From Octopus sinensis (Eukaryota), in NCBI RefSeq assembly GCF_006345805.1, contig NC_043002.1, forward strand, positions 1,674,001 to 1,738,000: 64,000 bases of DNA. The letters are read 5' to 3'. The translations under genes were made by a program, and so were the position numbers. How positions within the stretch are numbered: position 1 is the first letter of the stretch; each line of letters opens with the position of its first letter. The notes beneath the pieces are model-generated. The model had not been told where the DNA came from, did not search any database, and saw only the letters and a program-made list of their open reading frames with translations. Of this stretch, positions 23,696-38,224 are shown piece by piece.

Positions 23696-24777
23696 ATGTT
23701 CACAAAATGCAAAAAGGTGAAAGAATTCCTATAAAATCGAACCTAAAGTAATGGTTATGTGGTCATTGTAGGTAATACAGAAAACATAACGTAGCAATTA
23801 ACAAAGCAGTTGTGCGAGACACAGTCTTAACAAACTTACGGAGCCTCCCCGGGCATTGGTGAGTGTGTTGCTATCATTGAAGCAAAATGATTTTGTTGAC
23901 GCAGACGTTCTTTTTAGTCATTGCTTAATCCTCACAGCCATTAATTAAATTATATTAATTAGTTCTAACAGTACTGCGAATATTTATCTTTAAGCAAACT
24001 AAAGAAATTGAAGACTAATTCTTTTAGTATCAGTAAACAGAGACGTATTTTAGTATTAAAGGATGAGTAGGGCGTTGCATAGTTCATAAATACCCCAAAT
24101 CAAGCTCAGTAAACCAGTTGGCCAAAACGAATGCAAATACAAACAATTGTACGGTTTTCTAAATAGTATTTCAGAATCCATATCATATATTTGAATATTC
24201 ATATCACCGAGGAAGAAACCTAGACGTGATTTCCCTCGCATCCAGTACGTTCTCACTCAAATAGAATTTCCTAGTTTAAATTTCTACTTTTATTATAAAA
24301 ACATACACCCATCTTATGATGTGGATTAAACTCCATTTAATGTTAACAAACTGTATTATTATGATTGAGCCGCTGCGTTTATGTAATTGTATTACGACAA
24401 TTCTATCGTCCAAATTTGGTAATGCTGAATGAATGTAATACTGAAGTCTAACTGAGTGTCTGCTATGCATACATTATACATACATACATACATACATTCA
24501 TACATACATACATACATACATACATACATACATACATACATACATACATACACACACATATAGATACGTACAAATATATATTTATATATGAGTATTTGTG
24601 TGTGTATGTGCCTCTATGTTTATACATAATATATATATATATATATATTATATTAAATTAGAGACAAAACCACTATTATGCAAATCAAACAAAGAAAGAC
24701 TTAAGCCAATACATAAAATAATTTATATAAATTTTGAAATTTAACAATTATAAATTATATATATATATATATATATA

Positions 24778-25021
24778 TAGGGAGAATTCACAGAAAAAAA
24801 ACATAGGACGAAGACAGGTGGTATAGACAATAAACAGATGTATTAGTTTAATGCTCGGTAATTGCACAACTTTTAACGTTTCGAGCCTTCGCTCTTCCAC
24901 AGAAAGGAACACAGACAGAAACAAGGAGAGAAAATAAAGAATGTGTAGTGGCTAGCGATCTATCACGGTGAATGCCGGATAGAAGGGTCACACAGGAGAG
25001 CTAGGGAGAAGGGGAGACAAT
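24778..25021. mobile_element. Penelope-like terminal-repeat-type fragment (related copy at 56812-56950)
   Basis: Both copies start at a TA tract with taggggaga...gacgaagacag and share an HHR-like motif. Confidence 0.55.
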
Positions 25022-26460
25022 ACCCTTATTGCAGCCCCTATTTGTTCCACGTACTTCTCGAGATTTTTGCACACTGTTCCCAGGGCTCCGACAATTATTG
25101 GTACTACTGCTACCTTTTTCATCGATCACAACTGCTTAACTTCCCAAGCTAACCTGACATATTTCTCGACATTTCTTTCTTCTTTATCGCATACCTTGTT
25201 GTCAGTTGGGCATGCTATATCTATGATCCAGTATAGCTTTTTTCTTTCTCAATTAAGACTATGTGCGGCTTCCTATTGTTAATCTCATGGTCGCACTGAA
25301 TCATAAAATCCCATAGGATCTTTGCATTTCTATTTTCGACAATGCCCTCAGGTTTGTGGTTGTACCAATTTTTTGTTCTGTCAAGTCTATACTTGTTGCA
25401 AAGTGTCCAATGGACAAGCCTGGCTATATTGTTGTGGTGTCTCTTCTATTTCTTCTGGTCTAGCGGCGTACATTGGCTGGTAATATGCCACACGGTTTAA
25501 CTGTTTTGTCCACAGATTCTGCACTTATCACTTTCTGCTGTGTTGTCTATTCTGTATTTGATGTAGTTTGTCCTTAGTGCTTCCACTTGGGCAACACAGA
25601 TTAGAGCCTCCGTTTCCGGTTTTAAATCACTTTTAGTAATCCACAGCCATCTTTTTTCCCTGTCTTATCTTCAACATCCCTATGAAATCGACTATGCATT
25701 CTTTTGTTTACCCAACTATTTTCGGTTTCCTTCGTTTTCAATTTCTTGAGTAGTGCTTTATCTTTTCAATCTTTAATCCTACACAAGCCTGACCTTCTTA
25801 CTTCTAATGATAATGGTTCTGTGGCATTTTTTACATACCATGCTATGTTGTTTTCTTCTGCTCTAATGCTATGTTCGCATCCAATAAGTCCTCTTCCCTC
25901 TCTTTTTCTTGGTACATACAGTGTGTTTGTGTCACGTTTTGGGTGGAGTGATCCATATCTAGTTAGCAACTTCCTTGTCTTCCTGTCTAAGCTGTTTACT
26001 TCGTCTACTGTCCATGCGTTTACCCCTGTTTCATATCTAAGGAGTTAAACCACCCAGGTGTTGATAGCTTCCATCTTATTCCGTCCGTTTAATTTGGACT
26101 TAAGAATCAGTCTCATTCTGCGTAAGTACTCCACTTTAAAGTTTTCTGTCATTTCTTTCTCCGTGAATTTATCCATTTCCCAAATCCCCAAGTACTCATA
26201 GCCCGTCCCTTCTATCTGCTTCATAACCTCCCCCGACGGTATCGTTATCCGCCCATACATTTGATTTTACCTCTCTTCACGACTAACACACCACACTTTC
26301 TCAGTCCAAACTCCATTCTGCACCGTATCAACGAGGGAACTGACTTGGGCTTCATATTTACCATAAAGTTTGAGGTCATCCATGAATAACAAATGGTTGC
26401 CTATTTGTTGGCGGCATTTAAATGCATACCCAGCTATTGCTTTCATCAGAAGCAGTGTCA
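25022..26460 (-). mobile_element. Degraded R4/Dong-type LINE 3' half (related to family 2)
   Basis: [43 protein letters not shown]...H...C, ILWDF and PIIVGALG. Confidence 0.85.
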
Positions 26461-26539
26461 GTACAGATACATATATACATGTATACATATATATACATAT
26501 ATACATATATACACACATATATACATATATATATATTAT

Positions 26540-26590
<51 letters not shown>

Positions 26591-26631
26591 GTGTATGTGT
26601 GTGTATGCATGTATGTACGTATATGTATATA

Positions 26632-26676
<45 letters not shown>

Positions 26677-28164
26677 TACACTTATATGTACGTATAGCTC
26701 CTCTGTTAATTTCTAACATACCTACAATGTTTCAATATTTAACCGTACTAAGCGTCCTGTACTCTTCTCTCCACATTTTCTGCGTTGCATGTCAGACACG
26801 ATGCTTTTATTTGAAATGTTATTTTAAAATCACTGCATTTTGCAATCCATTTAAATCAATGTTCTCTTGCAGAGATTTTCTTAATTTGTCAGTTGTTATT
26901 GATTACTTGCTTTGATTGATTAATTAATTTAGTAATTGAATTTGTATTGATTACTTAAAATTGTAATTTCTCAAACTAATGTTAAATAGCTATCCCATAA
27001 TTATTCATACCTGAATCCAATCAATTGCAATTTAAATATCGTCCATTTTAGCCTAATTTCCATTTGAAATATTAAGTAGGATAGTTTGAGACATCTTACA
27101 AGCCAAACAGCGACTATTTTCAGCAACTGAGTACATCCTAAAGCAGGATACTCTCATTAGATATTCTTAACCGTATTTAACATAATTGTATGTTTTCTAA
27201 ACGGGTGTATATCAATGAATTTTGCTTTGTGAGTTTTAAGCCATCTGCCCTTACCATAATGTTTCCCTCGTCCTTTGATTCAATATGCAATAAATCTTGT
27301 GATACGAAGTTACGGAAATGCGGAAACCATATAATCGCATTAAAATCATCAAACGCTTGTCTTCGTCAGCCATACTTTTAAGTGCGACTCTTCTTAACAT
27401 CAACACGGTGACATCCATCAAAATTATTTCATTGATGAGAATTTATATCCAAGAATGTAAAAAATTCTCAATTCGTTTTACCGCACTTCATAAAATATAT
27501 TAAATAGTCGACTCTGAATAAATACTTTTCTTCAGTCATAGCTATGTTCAATCGTATTTGCCGAATTTTTTTATTTTTTTCATTAGATATTCAGTGTATT
27601 TTATTAGATTTCTATTGATCAATTTAAAAAAATATATATTAAAATAGTTATTGAAAATACACGAGATGGAAAAGAAATTTATTGATTAAAAAATATTTAT
27701 CTGAGACTTGTTTTTATGAGGAATTTGTTTATGTTGAAAATGTTTACTATTCAGAAATAAAATTAAAAAAAACAAAAACAGACGTTGGTGTTGTTGTTGA
27801 CATGAGATTCTTAGCGATTTCTGGAAGATTTTATAGCACACAGCTGTTCAGAATGTAGTAAAAGGAAATTCGGTTTTAAATATACAGTTATTGGGTTACA
27901 ATAAAAAAAAAATGAAATAAATCACTTTATTATAGTACGTCTTTCTCAGTATATTCTGTGAATTTTAAGAATATATTTTTTCTTGATTTTGAAGAATGCA
28001 GTTTTTATAGGGAAGTGTACGGTTAATGAAATCGACATTAGTATCTGAGTTTATTCACCTTGTCTCTCGAGATATAGTGAACTAAATTTTTGACAGAAAG
28101 ATATAAACACTAACATTCTTTCTACAATAGGCGCACGGCCTGAAATTGTTTGGATAAAGAGGAT

Positions 28165-28335
28165 CTAATCGATTACATCGATACCAGTGCTTGACCGGTG
28201 CTTATTTTATCGTTTCCGAGAGAATGAAAGGCAAAGAGGAACTCGGTGGAATTTAAACTGATAACGTAAAGACGGATGAAATGCTGCTAAGCATTTTGTC
28301 CGTTATGCAAATGATCTTGTCAGCTGACCGCCTGA
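28165..28335 (-). mobile_element. SINE family B, diverged
   Basis: Homologous to the 5900 and 30640 copies. Confidence 0.7.
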
Positions 28336-28808
28336 ATCGTGCAGAGTTTAGGTTTGCTCTTTACATCTTCTACTAATTCACTCCTCTTCAAAAACTGTTT
28401 TTCCCTATTTGAACGGAACGAAAAGAGATGGTTGACTGACTAAAGTTGTACAGAATTTCATACAAAATACCAAAATATTTTTTAACAAAAACAGAAAGTA
28501 ACATTAATACATTATTGTCTAAATCATTATTGTCTATTGAAGAGCATTGCCAAACTTATAGCGAATAATTCAAAGTTTTTATTAGTTTTTATTTCTATAA
28601 AACTTACAGCGATGTAATTTCAAGGTGCTGGAATGTAAATACTGCAGTAAATATACGCCTGCTACAACTAAGTCCTGGGGTCGATTTGATAAAATAAATC
28701 CTTGAAGATGGTGCTCCAGCATGGTTGCGACCCAGTGACTGAAACAAGGATAAGAATTATAGCGAGAGAGATAAATAGATAGATAGACAAACAGATAGAT
28801 AGACAAAC

Positions 28809-28855
<47 letters not shown>

Positions 28856-30123
28856 TGATTGAAAATAGTTATAATAATTAAACCCCACTCTCAACAGCAT
28901 GCGGAAGTGGCTCAGTGCTTATTATTCGATACATTATGCTAGACACACTCAACAGCTACGTGTCTAAACTTGGTCGGTTATTAGTCGATCTCATCACCGA
29001 AATATCGAATTATATGTTTAAAATGCAAATACTTTTTCTCATGTTTCCTTCTCTGTTCATTGTTTATATCTACTTTGCATTGTAATGCATTTCTCACTCA
29101 CTTTAATTAAAACATTGCTCCTTTTACCTGATTCTTATAGTTATTGAATGATACTCTTCTTCCTCAGGGGTGTAATTTACTGCACAGGTCTCATCAAAAC
29201 GTTTATTCATAGAGGTTAAATACATAACTTAATTCGTTTACTGTTACCTACAGAGATTTAATCATTTACGAATACAATTAAGCATCCTTTCTAATCAGAT
29301 TTTGTGTCCTCATGCATCGCCAAACTATCCCTCGCAAGTAATAGCAACTATTGAATATGAACAGCTGTTTTTATCGTCGGTAAGGTGCATTATTTTAGTT
29401 AATTTAATTTCTAATGGTAGATGCCCAAATGATAAAAAAAAACTTAACGTTATATTCAGTGTAGGATTGTAACGGATTATAAAGTTGTCGAATGCGTCGG
29501 GTCACTAATCAGAGATTTATTCCAATGACGGAAATATGTTCACTGCGATAGATTGTTGTGGTACCAAGTAGGTAATTTGTTTGCCAAACTCTGATTTTAA
29601 TGGAATCCATAGATAACTGGTTCTTCTATTGACTGTGACATTTATCAAAATATATAAAAATGTAAATCCACCAGAAGACGCTAAAGTGCAATCAACACTC
29701 TTTCTTTGGAAATATTTATTCAATAATTCAATACAATAAAACTATTGCTAAACCAACGCAAATACAAAATGTTGCATGTCTACAGATTGCATACAAATAA
29801 TCGATATCTGGCTCTACCGGATATTGGCCGCTTGCACAGGAGAGGAATATACGATCAAATGAGACCAACATTTCGGCATTTTCTCTTTCATACCAACATA
29901 ATTGTTGTTAGAATTATTCATACATACATACATACATGCATACATGCATGCATACATACATACATACATACATACATACATACATACATACATACATACA
30001 TGCATACATACATACATACATACATTTTGCATACATGCATACATACATACATGCATACATGCATGCATACATACATACATACATACATACATACATACAT
30101 GCATACATGCATGCATACATACA

Positions 30124-30158
<35 letters not shown>

Positions 30159-30163
30159 GTATG

Positions 30164-30258
<95 letters not shown>

Positions 30259-30634
30259 AGATATATACACACATATGTATATTATAAATATATATATATG
30301 TGTTTATATATATGAATGTCTGTCGATAAGTGTGTATGTATTTCTATGTTATTCTTCATTGTCGAAGGCGTTTCACTAAAAGAAGAACCAACCACACGTT
30401 GGATATATTCTAATAATATTTTTGCATTATGAAGGAATTCGTAAAGGTTTAACTGGTCAGTTTTTGTTTTCATTAATAATTGGACCAATACTTTACCTGG
30501 TAAAAATTGTTGAAATTGCACACGAGGCCAGTAATTTTAGGATGAGTACATTAGTCGGATACATGGGCCCCAGTGTCAAAGTAGCTCTTCATTTTATCGA
30601 ACTTTAAAGAATGAAGGAGAAGTTCAAATTTTTA

Positions 30635-30790
30635 TCAACCCTAGGGCGTAACTGGTACTTATTTAATCGACCCCGAAAGGATGAAAGACAAAGTCGACCT
30701 CGGCGGAATTTGAACTCAGAGCTTATCGACAGACGAAGCGCTGCTAAGCATTTCGCCCGGTGTGCTAACGATTCTACCAGCTCGCCGCTA
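30635..30790 (-). mobile_element. SINE family B including head
   Basis: Minus strand GCGGCGAGCTGGTAGAATCGTTAG...GAGTTCAAATTCC (A and B boxes). Confidence 0.8.
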
Positions 30791-30807
30791 TAATAATAAT
30801 AATAATA

Positions 30808-30882
<75 letters not shown>

Positions 30883-30929
30883 ATCATTATTGTTATATTT
30901 TCACAATTTCTAATCTTTAAGTATGAGGT

Positions 30930-32510
30930 CATGGAAAACAACACTGATTTCGAATAGTGACCATGTATCTTTCAATGCTGGGAATGTAAGAATTTCATGT
31001 GGCATATTTCAGGATGACTTTCTATACTGCTCCTCTTTTGTTAAGCCTTAATACCTCTTTCGAAATTGCTCGATGATGTACAATATGGATGTAAAATTTT
31101 AAATGAAAATATAAATCATCTCTTTTATATTGATGATTTAAAGCGCTTTGCGAAAGATGACTAACAATACAGGCTTTACTAGCAATCGTAAAACAGTTCA
31201 GTGATGACATCAGAATAGAATTTGGCCTAGATAAATGTGCAAAAGCTACCTTTGCCAGAGGAATGATTATACAGACATCCAAGGTTAATCTTGAACAACA
31301 AAATGTTATAAGGGAGTTAGAACCAGCGGAGAGCTACAAATACCGAATGGTATCTGACGGTGATGGAATCAAACATTCAATAATGGGGAGAAAAGATTAG
31401 AAAGGAATGTTACCGCAGGGTAAGTACAATACTCAAGACAGAGCGGAATGCAGGAAACAAGATCGAAGTGACCAATACTTTAGCCATATCAGTCGTGACT
31501 TACAGTTTCAATATCAGTAACTGGACAATTACTGAAATTTGTAATATTGACAGAAAAATCTGAAAATTTTTGACAATGCATAGAATGCACGAACCTAAGG
31601 CAGTTATAGAACGACTTTACTTGCCAAGAAAAGAGGGTGACCGTGGAGGTTTACAACTAGAACTGACAATGAATATTGGCACCATTGGCCTAAACACTTT
31701 CCTGAAAATCTCAGATGACTGGATACTAAAACTTGTCTTAAAGCATGACAACAAGAAAACGTTATACTCAGTAATAAAACAGGCAAGGAAATATCTAATT
31801 GAATTCCAAATACAACAAATCCCAGAATTAGACTACTAGAAACAAGCACAGATAAAGGTAAGCGTATGAAAACCCGTGCAAATTCTGCTGCTTTAGATAT
31901 TCTTATTGATTATTGACAGGAAAAACATAAAGAGAGCTAATAATGCTGATATTGACAAAACTCTTACTCATCTATGGTTAGTCTTCAAGCTTAAAATCAG
32001 AAGGGTTTATCATAGCAGCCCAAGATCAATGCCTGTCTGCAGGAAGCTACTAGGTAAACATCTTAAAGAACGGCAGCAAAATTAAGCAACAAAATGAAAC
32101 CATCGATCATGTTGTCTCCGTGTGCAGCCTTCTTGCGCCTACAGAGTATCTCAACAGGAATGATAGAACAGCAAAATATATTCTCTGGATAAGTTGCAAA
32201 GCCTTGGACTTCATAAAAATTTGTGGAAACACAAACCACCTCCAGTGCTTGAAAATAATCACATCCTACTTCACTATTCAAACTGACAGAAAGATAGATG
32301 CAAATCATGCCTCCTCATCGATATGACTGTCCCAATGGACATAAATTTATCTGTCAAGACCTACTTAAAATGAGCAATTATAAAGAGTTGGAAATATAAA
32401 TGGGCAAAATGTGGAACCTCAAGACTAAAATAATACCTGTTGTCATAGAAATGATATCAAAAGAGGCTGATTACTACTTATCCAAGTTACTAGGAAATCC
32501 CAAATTGGAA
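30930..32510 (+). mobile_element. Older degraded copy of R4/Dong family 1 (3' part)
   Basis: Collinear with about 13500-15200 (e.g. atagaatttggcctagataaatgtgcaaaagctacc). Preceded by a TAA/TTA/TTG tract at 30790-30885. Confidence 0.9.
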
Positions 32511-32539
32511 CACATTTTTAATAGAGCTCACGGGAACTC

Positions 32540-32940
32540 TCTTACTCTTTTACTTGTTTCAGTCATTTGGCTGTGGCCATGCTGGAGCACCGCTTTTAGT
32601 CGAACAATTCGACCCCAGGACTTATTCTTTGTAATCCTATTACGTATTCTATCGGTGTTTTGGCCGAACCGCTAACTTACGGGGACGTAAACACACCAGC
32701 ATCAGTTGTCAAGCGATGTTGGGGGGGGGGACAAACACAGACACACATACACACACTCACATATATATACATATATACGACGGGCTTCTTTCAGTTTCCG
32801 TCTACCAAATCCACTCACAAGGTTTTGGTCGGCCTGAGGCTATCATAGAAGACACTTGCCCAAGGTTCCACGCTGTGGGACTGAACCCGGAACTATGTGG
32901 TTGGTAAACAAGCTACTTACTACACAGCCACTCCTACGTC
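32540..32940 (-). mobile_element. SINE family A, full length
   Basis: Near-identical structure to the 37000 copy. Confidence 0.9.
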
Positions 32941-33718
32941 TGCTTATAACGTGGGGAAAATACTATGTAACCCCGCCAAAACTTTTTAATCTGTAAACAT
33001 TGTCAAAATACTTTTAAATGCACGTAATAGCAAACGTCTTCCATTGTCATATTAACATCACGCTGTCATCTGATAATCAAATTACTTTTAAAACAAAATT
33101 CTAATTTTCTGTTTTCAAAGATATAAGCACTACTATTCCAACAAGCAGCAAAGACTAACTGCTACATTAACAATGTGCGTATGTGCATGCACGCTTATTT
33201 CGTTATATCATGTAGTCTGCAATGTTTAGAGCGGATCGTGTATCAGAAGAATTGTCCACAATCTTCAGATTAACATTAAGGTCCGTGTCCACACAAATAG
33301 TTGAGTAAAGAAACATTTTAAGAAATATCACACCCAAAATATCACGCTTGGCTTCAATGCCACGTGACAGAGCTTTGAGAATTTCAGAACTAATGAGTCT
33401 CTCTACATTGATAAACTGAATCTGTCTATTAACAATAGATAAGAATCGCACGAAGCGTATTGTCTACCATAACAATAGTGAAGACCGTGCATGTCGTAGC
33501 TGTCCTCCAATTTAACTGTAGAAGTTGCCGACTCTTTATCTGCGTCCATTGTCTCTTTATAAAAAGTGTTTTAACTTTGAAATATCAAAATATAAATATA
33601 ATGTCAAGTGCCAACTGTTGTTTTGTTTTCCTTACTTCTGGCGTTTCAAAAGAATTTTAACAAATATCTGTGTATGTGAGTGAGAGAGGAAGGGAAATGG
33701 ACGGACAGAGAGGGAGGA

Positions 33719-33762
<44 letters not shown>

Positions 33763-34830
33763 TGTGTGTGTACGAGTGTGTATTATCGAGTTTGCATGAG
33801 ATCTATATCGGTTCTTATCCGCCTATTTGTCGCTTGACTACAGAAATACGATAATGTCGTATTCGGTTACAACTGAATTTATTCTTTAAATATAAGTTAT
33901 GTAATAAACAACTTGTATAATTACCATATTGCATGAAATGTATATCATATAAAGTATATATGTATGTATACATATATATGTGTGTGTGTGTGTATTCGTG
34001 TGGTTATATGGGTGTTTGTGTATATATGTGTATGCCTTATTTCCTGAATGTGTGTACGCGCGCGTGAGAGCGCCTAACCGATCTTTGAACGATTCTAGCT
34101 TTAATGGACAAGCCAGTGCGCTTGATATATAATACTCGGTTAAGCAAATGTCAATTATATAAAATTGTCGGAATCGCTTACAAGGCTGGAGTGGTTTATT
34201 TCTGTTGGTCTTCAATAAAGACAATATTTAATGAGATTATAACAACACAAATTTATTTCGGAAAGAAAATGCCTTTTAGCTTTTCATTCGTATACGACCC
34301 ATTGGGCGACTAACGTGTACTCACTTTGATACGCTTTGTTGAGCCTCTATTATTGTTCGGTGATTCCGGCACAGAAACACAAGAAAGCCTAATATTCTCT
34401 GCATAGATGTATAAGCATTCATTTCCAGCTCATAACCATATTTGCTTTTGTCATACAGATTGAGAGCTGGCTTTGATCATCATACTATATTTTCAGAGCA
34501 GAAAGGAAGAGCGGAGCTAGCGAATTCATGTATGTCCATAGGTTTATTTGTTTGTTCATGTTCATAGAAATGCCCATTTGCGCGTGTTCATAGGATATTC
34601 AAACATCTAACTAACATACTGTTACTCTGAGTTCAATAAGAGAACTTAGTGGCCATCTGATAAATTCCTCGATTAAGCTTTATCATACTGTTTAATAAAC
34701 ATTCATAAACACATGAGCTCACATACGCATACATATGCGAGTACACAGGAGCACATACATACACACACGAGCGTGCACACACACACACACACATACACAC
34801 ACACACACACACACAACACACACACACAAA

Positions 34831-34880
<50 letters not shown>

Positions 34881-35290
34881 GAGACACACATTGAAATGTT
34901 TAACTTAGGTCAAGGTAAAGAAAGAAATTTTCATATTACTGTGTATTGCGGCCGGCAATAAATTGCGTGTATATAAGATAGTCCTATGATCATTAGGAAG
35001 ATAGCCATACTAACTGGGATCAGCTCAAGGTGGCTGTGGTTGACAAGGAACCACAGATGAAACCCTTCCGTTAGCGAATACTAATTTAATCCTTGTCTCT
35101 CCCATCAGGCGAAACATACAAGCAAGATGAAACGCATAGGACCGTTAGATACCTGTTGAAGATAGCGAAGGAGTTCAAAGATTACCATAGATTTAGTTAC
35201 CTGTCGGAAAACTGCTTGCAACGTAGTTAAGTAAAACTTGCTGTTTGTAATTAGCGCAAAGTGTGTTTGAAGTTTACTTTAACGATGTGC

Positions 35291-35373
<83 letters not shown>

Positions 35374-35434
35374 CTTATGTGTATGTATACGTGTATGTAT
35401 TTATATTAAAATATGTATAATACGCATTTACACA

Positions 35435-35552
<118 letters not shown>

Positions 35553-36133
35553 ATATAAATGCACACATGCACGCACGAATACGTGTGTGTATGATGTATG
35601 TATGTGTGTATGGAAACGTTCGTTAGTCTCCCGAGAGCATGGATCTGCCACTGTAAGTTTTATTTTTCCACGGTTTGCGTGGAACAGCAGCTGCTGTGAC
35701 TGTAGTTAAACACATGTCAGTAAAAGTCTTGGCTTCTGTGTCTATGCTTCAAGGGGGAGTCCGCCATTCTTAGGCCGGTCTTAGCCCGTTTGCCTTCGGA
35801 CGGTTGTTTTCTGTAGTTATTATCAGTGTATTTTGGCGATTTCAATAAGTTTTGTCTGTTGTTTACAGCAGGCAGACATATTTAGTATGCCCTTTGATTA
35901 ATTTTAATCCTTCAACGGTATATATATATATATATATACATATATATATGTATATGTGTGCGTGTGCGTGTATGTATGTGTGTATGTGTGTGTGTCTGTG
36001 GGGGGGGGGCGTGTATACCTCGTGTACCCTCAATTTTAAATTCAATTAATTATAAAATTTATGGATTTGCCCATTATCTGTATAAATGCTTGCTGGCCAC
36101 TTATATTACTATTAGTAATATTATTTATTTACT

Positions 36134-36193
<60 letters not shown>

Positions 36194-36227
36194 TAATAAT
36201 AATAAAACTACTGAATAATAATAATAA

Positions 36228-36754
36228 ATGCCCTGATGCAGTACCAGGCAGTGACTCTCGTCGCTTCTGATCTTAACTGGAAGTGTTGTCATGAACATTG
36301 TTTTGTCTTGGTATAAAAGATAGGCTACAGCAAATATTCTGCTCAATACCGCAGATTTGCTTGTCAGTTATTTGGCCTTAACCAGTTGAACATGTCCCTT
36401 CGTGGCTGACGATATGTGCATCTCTGATCACGAGCAGAAGTAGTGGGGGAGCATCATAGCCATGTGTTAAGAGGAATTCTTGGAGGTTTGGATAATTCAC
36501 CTTTGGAAACATGTGGTTCGTTCAACATCCTTAAACAATCCTTATTCAGGGACCTTTTGAGCGGGATGGGCTACTCAACCAGAGGACCCCACCTGCAAGG
36601 TCATGCGCTGTTTATCTTGATATGAGATCACTATGTCACGCATATATGGTTGTGATGCATGTACCCGGTGTACCTTTATCAGAGGGGGAGTCATGACGGG
36701 CTTTATATATTTTACCCCAGTGTCACTTTGATGGCATGCACTGCTCTCCCACTC
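36228..36754. mobile_element. About 530-bp non-coding element embedded in a (TAA)n tract
   Basis: GC-richer block bounded on both sides by AAT repeats, with no protein-like ORF. I recognise it from memory as a dispersed repeat; unverified. Confidence 0.55.
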
Positions 36755-36832
36755 AATAATAATAGTATCTAGACAAATATTTATTTGAATATCTATTCAT
36801 TCATGGAAAAGTATATATATATACATACATAC

Positions 36833-36980
<148 letters not shown>

Positions 36981-36994
36981 ATATATATTCTTTT

Positions 36995-37390
36995 TTTTCT
37001 CTTTTACTTGTTTCAGTCATTTGACTGCGGCCATGCTGGAGCACCGCCTTTAATCGAGCAACTCGACCCCGGGACTTATTCTTTGTAAGCCCAGTACTTA
37101 TTCTATCGGTCTCTTTTTTGCCGAACCGCTAAGTGACGGGGACGTAAACACACCAGCATCGGTTGTCAAGCAATGCTAGGGGAACAAACACAGACACACA
37201 AACCAAACATATATATATATACATATATACGACAGGCTTCTTTCAGTTTCCGTCTACCAAATCCACTCACAAGGCATTGGTCGGCCCAGGGCTATAGCAG
37301 AAGACACTTGCCCAAGATGCCACGCAGTGGGACTGAACCCGGAACCATGTGGTTGGTTAGCAAGCTACTTACCACACAGCCACACCTGCG

Positions 37391-37395
<5 letters not shown>
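36995..37395 (-). mobile_element. SINE family A, full length, well preserved
   Basis: A box TGGCTGTGTGG, B box GGTTCAGTCCC, central TTGGGCAAGTGTCTTC and 3' tail. Confidence 0.92.
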
Positions 37396-37439
<44 letters not shown>

Positions 37440-37532
37440 ATATATGTATATATGTATATCTATATATATATGTATGTATATATATGTATATATGTATATC
37501 TATATATATATGTATGTATGTACGTATATATA

Positions 37533-37565
<33 letters not shown>

Positions 37566-37964
37566 ATATTGAGAAAAAAAGTCGTCAGAATTTTGGAAAT
37601 TTTTTTTTATTTCTCTTCATTGTTATTAGTGCTTTCATTCTTTTCTCGAACTTGTCAAATAAAATTTTGTGAATGTACAAACAACTTGTTCATTTATATA
37701 AAATAGATGTTTTTTGGGGATTTTTTTTTTGGTGGGAGGTGGTGTTTATAGGAGAACATAGTTTTTGCTTATTTGGGTGAGATTCCATCACAATGGAGGT
37801 AGAAATGTAGGCAGGTAAATAGGCTGATAGATAGACAGATAGATAGGTAGAGAGAGAGAGAGAGAAGGGGGATCCCCCTTTCTATTCACCATTCATTCAT
37901 TTATTTATTTATTCATTTAGTTCTTTACCATTGTATTGGAATGGGTTTAAGGATGGTGACCCCC

Positions 37965-38175
37965 TATATTCTTTTACTTGTTTCAGTCCTTTGAATGTGG
38001 CCATGATGGAGCACCGCCTTTAATCGAGCAAATCGATCCCAGTACTTATCCTTTTTGAGCCTAGTACTTATTCTATTGGTCTCTTACGCCGAACCACTAA
38101 GTTACAGGGACGTAAACATACCAGCATTGGTTGTCAAGCGATGTTGGGGGGACAAACACAGCCACACCAAGATAT

Positions 38176-38224
<49 letters not shown>

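Noticed and set aside
33203-33451. 82-aa minus-strand ORF with natural-looking composition
   Set aside because: TTG/GTG-type start, no convincing splice sites and no recognisable motif.
36400-36450. CTGACGA...GAAG as a hammerhead
   Set aside because: GAAA is absent and the stems do not form.
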